Source: Utricularia gibba
Taxonomy: Eukaryota > Plantae > Magnoliophyta
Reading direction: 5' to 3'
Assembly (NCBI GenBank): GCA_002189035.1
Contig: NEEC01000015.1
Location: forward strand, 434,001-498,000
DNA length: 64,000 bases
Part shown: piece after piece, positions 1-14,976 of the stretch
Layout: the number at the start of each line of letters is the position of its first letter
Position numbering within the stretch: position 1 is the stretch's first letter
Notes under the pieces: model-generated
What the model saw: only the letters and a program-made list of their open reading frames with translations
Database searches by the model: none
What the model was told of the DNA's origin: nothing
Translations under genes and position numbers: made by a program

Positions 1-533
1 CAAGGTCAAAGGCAGGGAGTTGTAACTAGGCTACTGTTAACTGAAGCACAGCTACGAAATTATAAGCACATTTAAGTAAAAAGACTATGAAACGAACTTT
101 CAATCACAAAAAATCGTCGGAATGGAGCTGACAGAAAAGAAAGAAGCAACTAGGAAATGACCATTCTGACGAAGGGCCAACCTTTCACAATCACAACATC
201 CGCAAAGGGACAACGCATTCAACGGGGTGGAGCCCAGAGAAACGTTTTCATGTGTCTTTTACGGTTCATGTTGAGCAGTAAATAACAAACAGCTCTACTA
301 TTTGAATAAGTCTACGGGGGGAGAAGATGTTTAGATTGATGTCAAACATGATGCATGCATCTATGGGTAAGCATGACTCACATAGAAGAGCATGCACAAA
401 CATGGCAAATACAGCGACAAAAAACCACTTCGAAAAAGATGGTTACGAATCACTTACGAAAAAGCTCGAATGGTGAGAGCATAATTCCATGGCATTAGCA
501 CAAGGAAGGAATAAAGTTGAAGAGAACTATAGT

Positions 534-562
534 AAAAAAAAAGGGGGGGGGGGGGGGGGGGG
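534..562. repeat. A9 followed by G20 homopolymer
   Basis: Read directly from the sequence. Confidence 0.9.
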
Positions 563-1954
563 TTCACTATGCCTGAAAGCATCGATGTAATGATAAAGCA
601 ATAATAACCTCATATTTCTTCTGCGCAGAAGTTGCAGGCACGTGTCCTCAACTTTTTACACTGGATGGTGAAGTATCGTAAGAGACGGGTACACAATATT
701 TATTTAAGTATGAAGATAGTGTTTTTTTTTTCGGGAAACATCATACTTACAGTGCGGTGGGAACTCCTTCACGTGCCATGAAAATGCACACAGATGTAGA
801 GATTATAGAAGGATCAAACAGACTGGATGAAAAGTTACAAGCACAAAATAAGATGGATTTCCATGGAAATGGTTTTGTGCCCGCATCTGCAAAATCTTTC
901 CATATCCTTGTCCCTTGGATGTAGACAATTTAGAGGCTCTTGTATACCAAAGCAACTGCAGCATGAATGATTAAAATATGCATAAGAAAAATGATGTTGA
1001 CTGACAAAGAAAAATGCCCAAAAAGTAGATGGACAAAAACTGGGATTTTACCTTCTAATGTAGATTGTCTTCTCTTGGAGAAGGATAGTGATATCGTCAC
1101 TCTTCAATCATAATTGTGTCCTCATTTCCTAATTAACTTGATATACTTCTGCTTCTGTAGGGACACAGCACAGAATCTGTAAAATCATCTTGGATTGCAT
1201 ATGCGATGGTCCCAGAAATTCTGACACACTTTTGTGTCCAGTGATTATGCATATTTTGAAAAATTCACTGCTTCTGTAGATCCATCAATCCGTTCTTAGA
1301 AAAGACCTCGATGTATAATAAAGAAACACATGAATTCTGAACAGTGTTATTGGGGCCAATTATGATGAATTAGCATTCTCATAATCCAGATAACAAGTGA
1401 TTTGACAACCACCCCCAAAAAAGCTTTGGATATGCACGGGAATCGAAGATCATGGTCCATCAGATAATGTGAAAGCCAAGTCATGTGCCATTCATGATTT
1501 CTTAAAGTTCAACTTCATCATCTCCCATTCGAGCGAAAAGCTATTCCTTTGGTTAAAGGTGAAGAGAACCACAGTCATCCCAATAAAGAGAAGAAGCATT
1601 AAAGAACGAGATCGTCAACTTTACTTTCTTTTTCTTCTTACCTTTAGTTTTAAATTTCGGTTATCAAACTCTGTCTCCTTCCCTTTGGCCCATCATGAAC
1701 TTCTCCTGAAAAAAAAAAAAGAGGAAATGAGAACATTGAGTTCAAACTTATGCTTCTCTTATTCTTTGAAGGAAAAGAAGATACACAGCCGAAAGAGTAG
1801 CTTTAGCTTCTTCCTTCAAGCTGAATACTCACTTTTCCACAAGATGATTGATTCTCTTATCCTATACAAAACATTAAACTTCCACTGATTCCCTCCATTT
1901 TTCCTTTCTTATTATCCTTTCTGGCTTCTTCATCCAGAACAAAATTTGTTTCTC

Positions 1955-4900
1955 ATGAAGCATTCTCTGGAAAGCATGCTTTCCACCATCTCCTTATTGC
2001 TGTGGATACTTACATTCTCTCAAACTTCTTTTTGCTCCCTCATGTCTGATGCTGAAGCACTAATTGCACTGAAGCAAGGATTTGAGTTTTCCAACTTGAG
2101 CTTAGCAAGCTGGGATTCTTCCAGACCTACTTCAGTTTGTTTGTGGTTCGGAATCAAATGCTTGGATGGACGAGTAGTCTCTCTCAATGTATCGAATATG
2201 GAACTCCATGGTTCTGTCTCGCCAGAGATCTCAAGACTAGACAACCTGATAGAGCTGCTCCTAGATGGAAACAACTTCACAGGCGAGATCAGCATTGAAA
2301 ATATGGGAAAACTCCGATTTCTCAACATGTCAAATAACCAGTTCAATGGAAGCCTAGATTGGAACTACTCAACCCTTTACAATCTTGAGGTTCTTGATGC
2401 ATACAACAACAACTTCTCATCAAATCTTCCCTCGCAGATTCCGAACTTACGGAGCATCAAGCACTTGGACTTGGGAGGAAATTATTTCTCAGGCAACATT
2501 CCAAGTAATTATGGAAACTTACTTAGGTTGGAGTACTTGTCATTGGCAGGAAATGATCTTCAAGGAAAAATTCCAAGAGAATTGGGGAATCTCACCAACC
2601 TCAAAGAAATTTACTTGGGTTATTACAATGTTTTTGAGGGTGGGATCCCCAACGAATTTGGAAATTTGGTTAACTTGGTGCACATGGATCTTTCAACATG
2701 TGACTTGGATGGTTTTATACCTCCTGAGCTGGGGAAGATGAAGTCTTTAGAGACCTTGTTTCTGCATATTAATCGATTATCTGGGTCCATTCCAAAGGAG
2801 TTGGGCAACATGACAAGCTTGATAAATCTTGATCTGTCTCTGAATAGCCTCACTGGAGAAGTTCCATTCGAATTCGTTGAGCTCAAGAAAATCAAGCTGA
2901 TGAATTTATTTATGAATAGACTTCAAGGCCATATCCCGGGTTTTTTCGCTGAATACAGAGAGCTGGAGACTCTTAGTCTATGGATGAACAATTTCACAGG
3001 TATAATCCCAAGAAATCTCGGGAAGAATCAGAGGCTCCAAGCCCTAGATTTATCTTCTAACAAACTCGTGGGCAAAATCCCGAAAACTTGTGCTCCTCTA
3101 AACAGCTCAGAGTGCTGATTCTTCACAACAACTTCCTATCTGGGCCAATCCCAGAAAATTTGAGCACTTGTTTGGGTCTTCTGAGGTTGAGGATAGGCCA
3201 GAATTTCCTTAATGGCAGCATTCCAGGAGGTTTGATTTACCTGCCAGAGTTAAATTTCCTTGAACTGCAGAACAATATGTTGTCAGGTTCTCTGTCTGAA
3301 AACACAAATTGGTCATCAGAGGCAGTGGCACTAGGTCATATAAATCTTTCCAACAACCGCTTATCAGGGCCATTGCCGAACTCTCTTTTAAAGTCCTATT
3401 CCCTTCAAATCCTCTTGCTGAATGGAAACAATTTTTATGGCCCCATTCCTCAATCCATCGGCAACCTCAACCAAGCAGCAGTAATTGATCTTAGTAGAAA
3501 TTCCTTGACAGGAGAAATTCCTCATGAAATCAGAAGATGCGTTCATCTCAACCACTTAGACTTGAGCAGTAACAGCCTTTCCGGCCCAATACCAGAAGAA
3601 ATCTCGAATATTAGAATACTGAATTACTTGAACCTGTCAAGGAACTACTTGAATGGGGCAATACCTCAGTCACTGGCCTCTATGGAGAGCCTCACAATTG
3701 CTGATTTCTCGTACAATGATCTATCAGGCGAGCTTCCTCAATCAGGTCAGTTTTCCATATACAATGTTTCCTCTTTTGTTGGCAACCCTCAACTCTGTGG
3801 GCCGTTGTTGACGAAACCCTGCACCTTCATAACAAGTAGAAGTCAACATGGAAAAACGCACTATGAATTCAAGCTAATCTTTGCACTGGGACTGTTAATC
3901 TGCTCACTAGCATTCACAGCAGCAGCTATAGTGAAAGCCAAGTCATTCAAGAAAACTAGTTTGCATTCATGGAAAATGACTTCATTTCAAAAGCTTGATT
4001 TCTCAGTTACAGACATTCTAGAATGTGTCAAAGAAGGCAATGTGATAGGCCGGGGAGGTGCTGGGTTGTCTACTACGGAAAAATGCCAAATGGTGTTGAA
4101 ATAGCCGTCAAGAAACTGTTTGGGCTCAACCGCATCAGCAGCCATGATCATGGATTCAAGGCTGAGATCCAAACACTAGGAAATATCAGGCATAGGAATA
4201 TTGTGAAACTGCTAGCTTTCTGCTCCGATAAGGACTCAAACCTTCTACTCTATGAGTACATGAGAAACGGCAGCCTGGGTGAAGCCTTACATGGGAATAA
4301 AGGAGGATCATTGGCCTGGAATTTCAGATACAAAATAGCAATGGATGCAGCCAGAGGTCTTTGTTACCTTCATCACGATTGCTCGCCAATGATCATACAC
4401 CGTGATGTCAAGTCAAACAACATCTTGTTGAACGCCAGCTTTGAGGCACACGTCGCTGATTTCGGATTAGCCAAGTTTCTGGAGGAAGGATGCGCCTCTC
4501 AATGCATGTCTGCAATAGCAGGATCTTACGGTTACATCGCTCCAGGTAAAGAGCAAGAAGATACATACAGAAAAAGTTTCCGTTCTGTCAATTTTCTAAT
4601 CCACAATATTCATCGGCATTTGCAGAGTACGCTTACACATTGAAAGTCGACGAGAAAAGCGACGTCTACAGTTTCGGAGTGGTGCTCCTTGAACTCATCA
4701 CGGGACGGCGCCCGGTGGGCGGCGAGTTCGGCGAGGGCGTCGACATCGTGCAGTGGACCAAGTGTTCGACGAATTGCCTCAGGGAAGAAGTGACTCGCAT
4801 AATCGACCCAAAGCTGACGGTGGTTCCCAAGGACGAGGTCATGCACGTTTTCTTCATTGCCATGCTTTGCGTTCAGGAAAACAGTGTGGAACGCCCCACC

Positions 4901-5044
4901 ATGAGGGAGGTGGTGCAGATGCTATCTGAATTTCCCCGCCACTCGCCAGAGCAGCAGCCATCCTCATCCAACCGCCGCTCCCAGACCCAAGACAAGTGTT
5001 TTTCCGATCAGAAAGCTCGACGGAATCCTTTTCCTTTGATATGA
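1955..5044 (+). CDS. CLV1/BAM-family LRR receptor-like kinase (BAM3-like); 2 exons (1955-4545, 4626-5044); two -1 frameshifts at ~3083-3086 and ~4063-4065
   Basis: Signal peptide, about 20 LxxLxLxxNxLxGxIP repeats, TM segment ([24 protein letters not shown]), kinase motifs [45 protein letters not shown] and [26 protein letters not shown] across a GT-AG intron 4546-4625. Three ORFs join if one base is restored at each run. Start could also be ATG 1976. Confidence 0.93.
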
Positions 5045-5459
5045 AATGAAGTTTTTTAGGGGTTGACAGGAAGCATATATCCATCCATATCTGGATCAAG
5101 ATATTCGTCCCCTTGATCCTCATCTAAGATCTAGCAAAGCGCTATATAATCTAACACGAAGGGCGTCGTGGGTGACCGTACTCGGCCGCCATACAACTTG
5201 AACTCGGGTCAGAACCTAAACACACGAAGAACTAAGCAGACAAATTCAGAAATGTGATGATCTAAAGCAGCCACCCAGATCCATAAATGTTCAACCAGAA
5301 ACTGTGAAATGTATACACACAACGGCACTACAAGTCAAGTCAAAGAGCAACATGCAACAAAAATTGTAAGGGTAGTAATAAATTCCCAGGCATGGAAACA
5401 CCAGCATATGCAGGAGCCAGTGTGAAACTCACCAAGGTTTGCCGAGGGATAGGAAACCA

Positions 5460-6980
<1,521 letters not shown>

Positions 6981-7122
6981 TCATTAGCTTTGAAAATTGA
7001 ATGTTTTTTTCCCATTCTTTTAATAAACTACCGTAGAGTTTTGACCCTCGGATTCTATAGCTTTTTAATAACTATATCTAAGTTCTTGTTTCCATTTAAA
7101 TTTTTAGTGTCGTTGTTCAAAT

Positions 7123-7138
7123 TATATATATATATATA
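7123..7138. repeat. (TA)8 microsatellite
   Basis: Read directly from the sequence. Confidence 0.9.
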
Positions 7139-7648
7139 GGATCATAAAATTCAATTATAATTATTTATTGAATATAAAATAAATGAAAGATAATATATAT
7201 ATACACGATTGAATGTTTACACTAATTTTTTTTTATCAATTTGACCAATCTCTCGTTTATTATTTTGTTTACGATTATATTACTATAATATTTTAATATG
7301 GGTCTGTTCTATTTCATTAATTTATTGAAGTGTCAATTTCTATAAATTCTAATCTTTATTCGTTTTTGTAATAAAATAAAAATTTAGATTTTGAGATTAA
7401 TTTTAAAATTATTAAATTTATGCTTTAATGATTAAATAAGAAGCTAATTATAAAAATTATAATAGTTTTTTATATTAATTCTATTCATGTAATTGTAAAA
7501 TTACTTCTGTCTTATGTAATTGAAGCAATAGTTACTATATCTAAGTAATATTTAATAAATAATGAAAATATCAATTATGTTATTGGGAAAAAAAATAGTC
7601 ATAAAAAATCTCGACAAGACTAGTTATTCGATACCGCACCATTTCCGA

Positions 7649-10207
7649 TCAGGCTGCAGAGCATCTCCGAGCTTCAAGCAGTACACAGCTGTGAAGCTTC
7701 ACTTCATACGTCAGCTTCCCGGGATCAAGAGCGGCGCCGTCCGCTGTGAAGAAGCCGGGAAACGGGAGCGCCGTGTCGACCAAGCGAAACCACCCCTCGC
7801 CGGGAGCAGGCTGTGGGAGTACAACTTTCTCTGTTTGGATCCCGCTGTTGAATGCCATGAACAAGTCACCTCCAAGATTCTGGGAGCCTGATGCTGGGCT
7901 AGCTTTGGCCTTCAGAATCACGGCCAAGAATCTGGATGATGGTTCGTCCCAGTTAGGCGGGGATTGGTGCGGTCCACGCCATTCGATTCTTTCTTCCTCC
8001 AGGAAGCGGTTTCTCTGAAGGAGATCGCTTCGCCTTGCTTTCAAGGAGCTCAAGAATGAAATGAACTGTCTGATCTGCACACTGAAGCTTGATTTCATGG
8101 CATTCCAATTCAGGGGTTGGCGTTGGGAGTATAGCAGTGAACCTGCAGCCGACTGGCCGCACTCATCTCCCATGTTAAGCACAGGGACACCCAGTGAAAC
8201 AAACAGGATGAAGAGAAAGTTGCGGATTTGCTTGAGTCGTGTTTCGAGCACAATGGCCTTTCTGGAAGGCCCTTCCTCCCCAGAATTCCAACTGAATTCT
8301 GATGATTCCGAATCCCTGCTGCTGAAGCTGACCAGGTCTACAAGGCTCAGCCCAACATTTCTGGTAATGTAATTGAAGGAGAAGGCCGGACCACGGCCAG
8401 CCAAAAAGAGATCGCCACTGCCACACAAACGGGTTGCAAAGTTGCTCAAGGGACATTCACCCTTCAAAAACTTTCTGACATCTGTGCAAAATTTTGAGTT
8501 CATCTCTGCCCATCTTTTCCAGTGAGGAAACAATGTTTCCTTGATCTCCACACCACGTGGATCCCAGAAATCTGCTATGATCTTTGCTTTTGAAAGAAGA
8601 GGATCAAAAGAAATAGCTTCAATCAAGGGAGGGCGTGAAAGAGACTCCCCTTGGAAACCTTCCAACAAAGCAGATGCATTTATGAAGCAAAATCCATCGA
8701 CATGGAAATCACTCACCCAATAACGAAGACTCTGTAAAATCATTTCCAGGACAACAGGGTTGTTGCAATTTGAAGTGTTTGTAAGTTTCACATCCTCGCC
8801 TCCCTCGATCAGATAATGAGAAGAGTTATCAACTTCTCTTGAGGCTCCACCTTCGCTAGCATGTGTAAAAGCAACTTCCAGCAAAACCTCTATTCCATTG
8901 GCATGCAGTTTTTTCACCATCTCTTTCATTGACTTAGCAGCAGCTTTGGGATCTTTGGAAGCTGCAAACAAGTTACTAGGAGAAAAGAAATGACATGGAA
9001 AATAGGGGCCCTTTTTCTCATCAAAGGGGAATATCGGCTCTAGTAGGATTGCATTCACACCAAGATCTACGAAATGTTGCAGCTTCTCAGAAACGCCTGA
9101 AAAACTACCAGAGATATTCGTAGGTAGATTGCTTGAACCGTCTTTGGTAAAGCGTGTGATGTTCAATCTGTAGATGATCAGTTTTTCCATAAGCAAGTTA
9201 GGACGAATTTCCCCACTCCAATCAAATGAAGGCTCCTCATACAATCTTCCTTGCCTCTTACCCAGAAAACCTGTTCCACTATCATGAATAAACCTGGAGT
9301 ATGGATCCAGTAGCATATGTTGATCTTGGCTGTCTGAGGCGCTTCTACAACGATAGCCATATTTAACAAAAGGCGTCGAATCATAGATTAAAGCATGCCA
9401 AATATCACCGGTGCGATTGACATAAGAGTCAAGATCAATCTCAATGGAAGGTTTATCTGCTTTTTCATCAGCATAGAGACAAAGAACTACCCTGTCCACA
9501 CTGCCCGCGAAGAAAGCCAAATTTACAGACCCATCATCCAAAAATGACAATCCCAATGGATATGGATTCCCAGAGCCAAAACCAACAGGTACAATGAAAC
9601 TTGTTTCCCTGTGACTTCTGATTGTTGATGACGAAGAACCTAGCTGAGACTTTAGTAGAATCGATACATACAAAGGTGCTAAATTCTCTTTAAAAACCAG
9701 TTCAGCAGCTAATCTACCAGCTGAATTTCGGACAAGTCGAGTTTCAGTGCAGCCAGTAGACCCTGACCATTTAGAGCCTAGTGGAAGAAAACTCGTTGAA
9801 TCAGCCTTGAACACTCCCCATACCAGAGTCAACTCCTGGAGTTGATCAGTATCTGGCAACAATTCCATCTCAACTTGAACTCCATATGTACCATTTGGCT
9901 TCTTATGAACAACAGCGATCAGATGCTCCTCAGTCTCCATCATAAAACGGTATGCAGCTTTCTTTTCGGAGGTCTTAACGTCAGAAAAACTTGAACGAAC
10001 TAATGCTCTCACTGCATAATGATCGCAAGAAATCCTTCCAGTAGATCTCACAAATTGTCCATGCATTGTTTTCTTCCCAGCAACCATTCTATCAGAACAC
10101 CAAGAACCCAAGTTTTCACCATCAAAATTGGAAAAAAGCAGTAGAGCAGATACAGAAGTGCCACCCCACAAATTCCGTGGCAGAACTGTGTTTCTTAATG
10201 ACAACAT
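7649..10207 (-). CDS. ISA2: Isoamylase 2 (plastid starch-debranching, non-catalytic subunit), single exon, 852 aa
   Basis: Uninterrupted ORF with transit-peptide-like N-terminus and GH13 architecture (PLG..GSVN, RTGDIWH, LDPY, GVNAILLEPIF, WVSDFHVDGF, WAEMN, GVPVLNMGDECG). Intronless structure and degenerate catalytic motifs are typical of ISA2. Confidence 0.95.
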   Translation of the reverse strand: MLSLRNTVLPRNLWGGTSVSALLLFSNFDGENLGSWCSDRMVAGKKTMHGQFVRSTGRISCDHYAVRALVRSSFSDVKTSEKKAAYRFMMETEEHLIAVVHKKPNGTYGVQVEMELLPDTDQLQELTLVWGVFKADSTSFLPLGSKWSGSTGCTETRLVRNSAGRLAAELVFKENLAPLYVSILLKSQLGSSSSTIRSHRETSFIVPVGFGSGNPYPLGLSFLDDGSVNLAFFAGSVDRVVLCLYADEKADKPSIEIDLDSYVNRTGDIWHALIYDSTPFVKYGYRCRSASDSQDQHMLLDPYSRFIHDSGTGFLGKRQGRLYEEPSFDWSGEIRPNLLMEKLIIYRLNITRFTKDGSSNLPTNISGSFSGVSEKLQHFVDLGVNAILLEPIFPFDEKKGPYFPCHFFSPSNLFAASKDPKAAAKSMKEMVKKLHANGIEVLLEVAFTHASEGGASREVDNSSHYLIEGGEDVKLTNTSNCNNPVVLEMILQSLRYWVSDFHVDGFCFINASALLEGFQGESLSRPPLIEAISFDPLLSKAKIIADFWDPRGVEIKETLFPHWKRWAEMNSKFCTDVRKFLKGECPLSNFATRLCGSGDLFLAGRGPAFSFNYITRNVGLSLVDLVSFSSRDSESSEFSWNSGEEGPSRKAIVLETRLKQIRNFLFILFVSLGVPVLNMGDECGQSAAGSLLYSQRQPLNWNAMKSSFSVQIRQFISFLSSLKARRSDLLQRNRFLEEERIEWRGPHQSPPNWDEPSSRFLAVILKAKASPASGSQNLGGDLFMAFNSGIQTEKVVLPQPAPGEGWFRLVDTALPFPGFFTADGAALDPGKLTYEVKLHSCVLLEARRCSAA

Positions 10208-11355
10208 AGGAATCGGCTGTAGGGGATTTATGTCTTCAAAGATTCACCGCAGCATCACAGCTTCCTGATGCCAAAAACATATCACAAATCAATCCGAATG
10301 AAATGAAAACGCACATTGACATCATTTGCATCATCCAACAGACAGAAAACTGAAAGCCCATAAAAATCCAACCAAGGATAACTAAGCTACGCATTCATTC
10401 AGAAAAATCCCGCAGTTCGATACTCCAAAAAGCAATCCCCTTTGAAGCGCCTTGATCATATAAACCTAGGATGGCGGAACGGATATCTATGGGCCGCAAA
10501 AAACTAAATAAATAAATAAATAGAAAAATGAATAATAATAGCGATAACCCGCCTACAATATCCATGCAAATCCATCCGTGCCCCAATCTCGACTCCGGCT
10601 GAAAATTGCGCCACCGCGCCGGTAACTGCATCGTCTCTTCTATCGTCAAGCACAGGAAAATGGTGTACCCAGACGCAACCTATATGCATTGAGTTGGTTT
10701 CGATTTTCGGGGTTGGATCAAAATGACACTCTTCAAGCACTGATTGGGTAGTTGCGTTCAGCAAAAGACAGCAGCAAACCCACTCAGCCTCGGCTAAGTA
10801 TCGCTATAGATGCTTTATTATTAGGGTTCAGGCCTGTCAGCAGAACTTCTCCTCCTCCTCGGGCTTCCCTGCAATTCGTTCCCAAACTCTATCCCGTCTG
10901 GCTGTCATGGGTTCCGTTCCGGGGATTCAGACTCCTACTTTCGAGTTCACTCTTTCAATGAGTGGACAGGGAATGCACATTTGCTTCTTCGGTTTGATTT
11001 CTGTTTGTGCTTTGGGGAGGAAACAAAAGTAGGGAAATTTACTGTCTCTACTCGAGGGAGGATCTTTGTTACTTCTGCAGGCCTTGGATCGTTAGAATTG
11101 CATACATATTCTTTGCTATCTGTTGGGGTCTGTGGAGCCTTTGCAATTGTTAGATAGTCTCAAACCTGGGATTTGGAGAGCCATGTGCCTCTGTCAGACG
11201 TAGCTACATAAGCAACTACGTCCCAATCGTTCATAAAAGCAACAACAGTTTAGTTTCAAGGTCCTGGTCTTGATAAAAAGAGAGTATCAAGGCATTTGAG
11301 GGTCAGGTGAAACAAGTGCCAGGTGTTTTTCATCAAATGAAACAGAGGGATGGTT

Positions 11356-14348
11356 TCAAACAACTTGGTAGTTTTCTGTTGCGAGCAGCCTTCTCTGTGA
11401 GAACTTGGGAGGATTGCCGCCTTTGATGGGAAGAATGTTGAGCACCTGCAGATTCAGATGCACCTTTTAGTCACCATGGTTCATTTCTAACAAAAAGGAG
11501 GGAGGCAGCATTTGAAAAAAAGTAACCTTAAGATCGCAGAAGGTGGTGGTAGAAGAAAATTGAACTGAAATGGGGAATAGATTCGCTGGATCCACAGCTG
11601 GGATGATGAACTCCATAGCCCCACTGCAGCGTTTGGGGCTCCCAGTTAGATGACATGCAAACGCACAGAAACATAACTTCGACCGGAAAGGGAAGAAGAG
11701 CTAACCTGCGATTCGAGTTATCAATGAGATCGATGGACCACTGCAGGAGGGACTTTCTTGCATCGTATCTGCAAACACCATCGTTCATGGGACATTAGCA
11801 AGACGAAAAGAGGAAAAAAAAAACAAAAGCATGTGATGCAAAACAAAACCAGCACATGAAAAGAGAAACTCTAATTTCATATATTCTTCTAAGCCCCAAA
11901 TTGAACAGACCATTAGCAAACGAGTCATATATTAATCTCCAGTTTGGAAAAGGAGGGACGATTCAAGCTCTCTGATCGATCACCTATGACTAACATTATT
12001 TGGAGATTCTAAAAAACGCTGTAGTTACCTCCATTCCCCATCAATCTGCTGCACATTTGGTGGGTCTCTGAGGGCTGGAAGAGGAATTGAGATGACGACG
12101 TTTTGCAAATTAAACGACTGCGGTACCTCATACTCTAAGTTGACGTATGTTTGGTTCCCAGAAACTGAAGGCCAGCAGTTAACTGCATAATTGTTTCAAC
12201 ATCAGGAAACTGTGTTACAAACAGCTAAGTATGTGGTCAGGAAGAGAGCCTGGATAAAATGAAACTCACTTGAAAATGGCACTAGTGATTCGTCTGCAAC
12301 CTGCATCCGCCATTTCAGCAAGCCAACACCATCAGCAGCCTGGCCAGTAGGAAATGATCGAGTGGGGTCCTTGAGACCCAATATATTATCACTAGCAAAC
12401 AGTTCCTTGTTGATGTTCGGGTGTGTTTTGAAAAGAATTCCAGGGTGACCACCAGACTCAATCTGAAAATAAGACAGAAGTAGAAGGTATGGGAAAAAGC
12501 ATCAAAATTAAAAGACCATAGACCTGTGAGCACACGCAAGCAGCTTAGTAAGGGCTATAGAGTACAAAACAAACCTCAATTTGGATGAATCCATCGTCTT
12601 GGTTCAGTATTTGAAGAGAGAGGGTACCCTGTAGATCAAAGTTTCTGATTCCACCGTCCTGCTTCAATGTTACATTAAGCTTTTCTTCAACAGTTAAAGT
12701 AACAGGATCACTTGGCGGTGGAGCGGCTGGTTTAGAGCCCACGCTTGGTCTGACGTCTTCAACTATCACCTCACCTTCAGCCTTGAGAGATTCCAAAAAC
12801 TGATTTGTCTTTTGCGTTTTCCCCAGTTGCATACCGAGGCCCTTAGATGGAGCCACAGCAGATACTGCTGATCGGCCTAGACAATCAAGTTCAGGTTATT
12901 TAGTGACACTGATAGTTACCACCAGAATAAAACCCCCAAAAAACTATCCTCACTAAATTTTCTTATGAATCATATCGAATTAAGAGATTAAGAGCACTGA
13001 AAAGTTGCTTCTGGAATCAGATCAAGTAAGAGAATCACGAACCTTTGGGCTTTGATGAGGTGGAGTCTATTTCAGTAATCAATCCAAACCCTGAACCACT
13101 TCCAAAACCACCAGAGTTACCTGTCAAACCAGTATCACTACCAAAGCCAGTACTACCCATGGACTGCAGAGGGCGAAATCCGGCTTTTTCAGTTCTGTTC
13201 TTCTCAAGCTACACAATAGCATGATAAATGCGTCATTACATGCAGACAATAGTGGAACGAAAATAACCCACTGACTGCACCAACATACCTTGCTTTTGTC
13301 GATCTCACTAGCCTTCTTCTTCATTAGATCTTTAGTCTCATTAATCTTGCTTTGTAACACCAACTTGTGCAATCTCTCTTCATGACTTTCCATCTCACAG
13401 AACTGTTTGACTTGTGAAACAGTGACATCCTCTCTGTGCCCAAGTGAAATCACTTCATCAAATGCAAAAAGAATTTCAAATGCCATCTTGCCAATTCCCT
13501 CCTCATCGGGGAGTAACAGTATTCAGCCACCTATGAGAAGTCAAGGAGAGACAAAATTTCCACGCAAAACGAGACACTAGAAGGCATTGGCAAAAGAAAA
13601 AGCTTCACAAAGTATAGTCATGAAAGGGCACACATCCTCATTAGAATGGACATATTTTCTCAAAAAAGAAAGCAGCAAACTGAACAAGGATACAAGTTTA
13701 GAAAGCAGCATGAGGGTTTCCAAATCTTCAACAATGTTGCTCTGTTTATTTGTGACAAGAAGCAAGTAGAGTGACTCAATTGGTTGATATACATATCGGA
13801 CATTTTCAGTCTCAACATATGTGTGCTGTTTCCCTGTTCCAACCAATTTTGGAAATGCTGCAAGGTATCCCTCAATTCGTATGCGAGACATGTCAACAAA
13901 CTGCCTCGAAACAAGAGCTGAAACATAGAATATCAGATGTCTTATCAAACAACACAAGATTCCATAATAACAAAACTTGAACCAAGAATGCCATGAAATA
14001 AAAAGCCTTCAGTTTTTCAATGAACATAGAAGCTACAATAAAGAAGAGAGTAGTGCAGGAAACAAAGAAAAATGTATAAGGCCAAATGAGACAAACATAA
14101 ATGTTGCCGGATCCAACACCAGAATACAGAAATAACGAATCAAATAAAAGGAAAAACAATGAAACAAGTTAGATAAAACAAAAGGAGAGCCCAGTTTATC
14201 CGCACACCAGGATGCTACCTTTTCCTGATTTGCTAATGATAGAAGCTGCAAGTACAACCTGAAACACAAATTTACACACAAAAACATGATCGCATAGGCG
14301 ACTTGACAAAATCGAAAAAACAATGATAGGAATTCAAGAAGTTACCAT
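11356..14348 (-). CDS. Coatomer subunit delta (delta-COP), multi-exon; one -1 frameshift at ~13508-13511
   Basis: ATG-only first coding exon (14348-14346), then [13 protein letters not shown] (14258-14219), [57 protein letters not shown] and terminal [16 protein letters not shown] (stop 11358-11356). All junctions traced as GT-AG. Confidence 0.93.
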
Positions 14349-14976
14349 TTTCCTTCGATAATTTTACCAGCAATGCTACTGAGCAATCTAAAATCCTAAA
14401 ATGACCAATAAAAAAACACAATTACCGACAGATTCGAGGTCAATACCCACCATTTAGATCACCGATACATTAGTCAAAATGATAAAAACCAAACAGAGAT
14501 AGAAAAAGCTCAGATCTATAAAACCGATGAACGGATCACGATCTACGGAGTGTTGCTTGAACGGTAGAAGCACCGTGGTAAAATCTACTTACAACAGTTA
14601 AATACGCGAAAATCAAAGAGATTCAACGATGCCGACGATCGCAGAAACCGTCCGCGGCACTTTGTATACTCGTGAAATCCCTCGCTCGGTGTCGCGTTTC
14701 GCCCTCACCCCCGCAACGGTTTAGAAACCTTAACAGAACAAAGCGCTTCTTTCTCAGTCGGTCTTTGGATTCTTAAAATGTGAGGAAATATATTACAAAA
14801 TGTAATGAATATTTATTTTATTTTTTTATTATACAAAGTTTTTTTGCGGATTTTTTCACAGTCAGTTAAAAGGTTAAAACTCAAATTATTTTATAATGCG
14901 ATTTTAATTAAATTTATGAACGGTGTTCCACAAACGGACGAAAGAGCTACACGGCTGTTAGAAATTTCCGAGGAGA

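Noticed and set aside
841-880. 40-nt hairpin GCACAAAA...ATTTCCATGGAAAT...TTTTGTGC
   Set aside because: Too short for a miRNA precursor or MITE; no second copy or target-site duplication seen.
1469-1888. 139-aa ORF upstream of the receptor kinase
   Set aside because: Non-ATG start and low-complexity A/T runs; promoter or 5'UTR sequence.
8555-8700. Isoamylase lacks canonical GH13 catalytic motifs (DGFCFINAS for DGFRFDLAS; ADFWDP for AEPWD)
   Set aside because: Established property of plant ISA2, a non-catalytic partner of ISA1; not novel and not a pseudogene sign.
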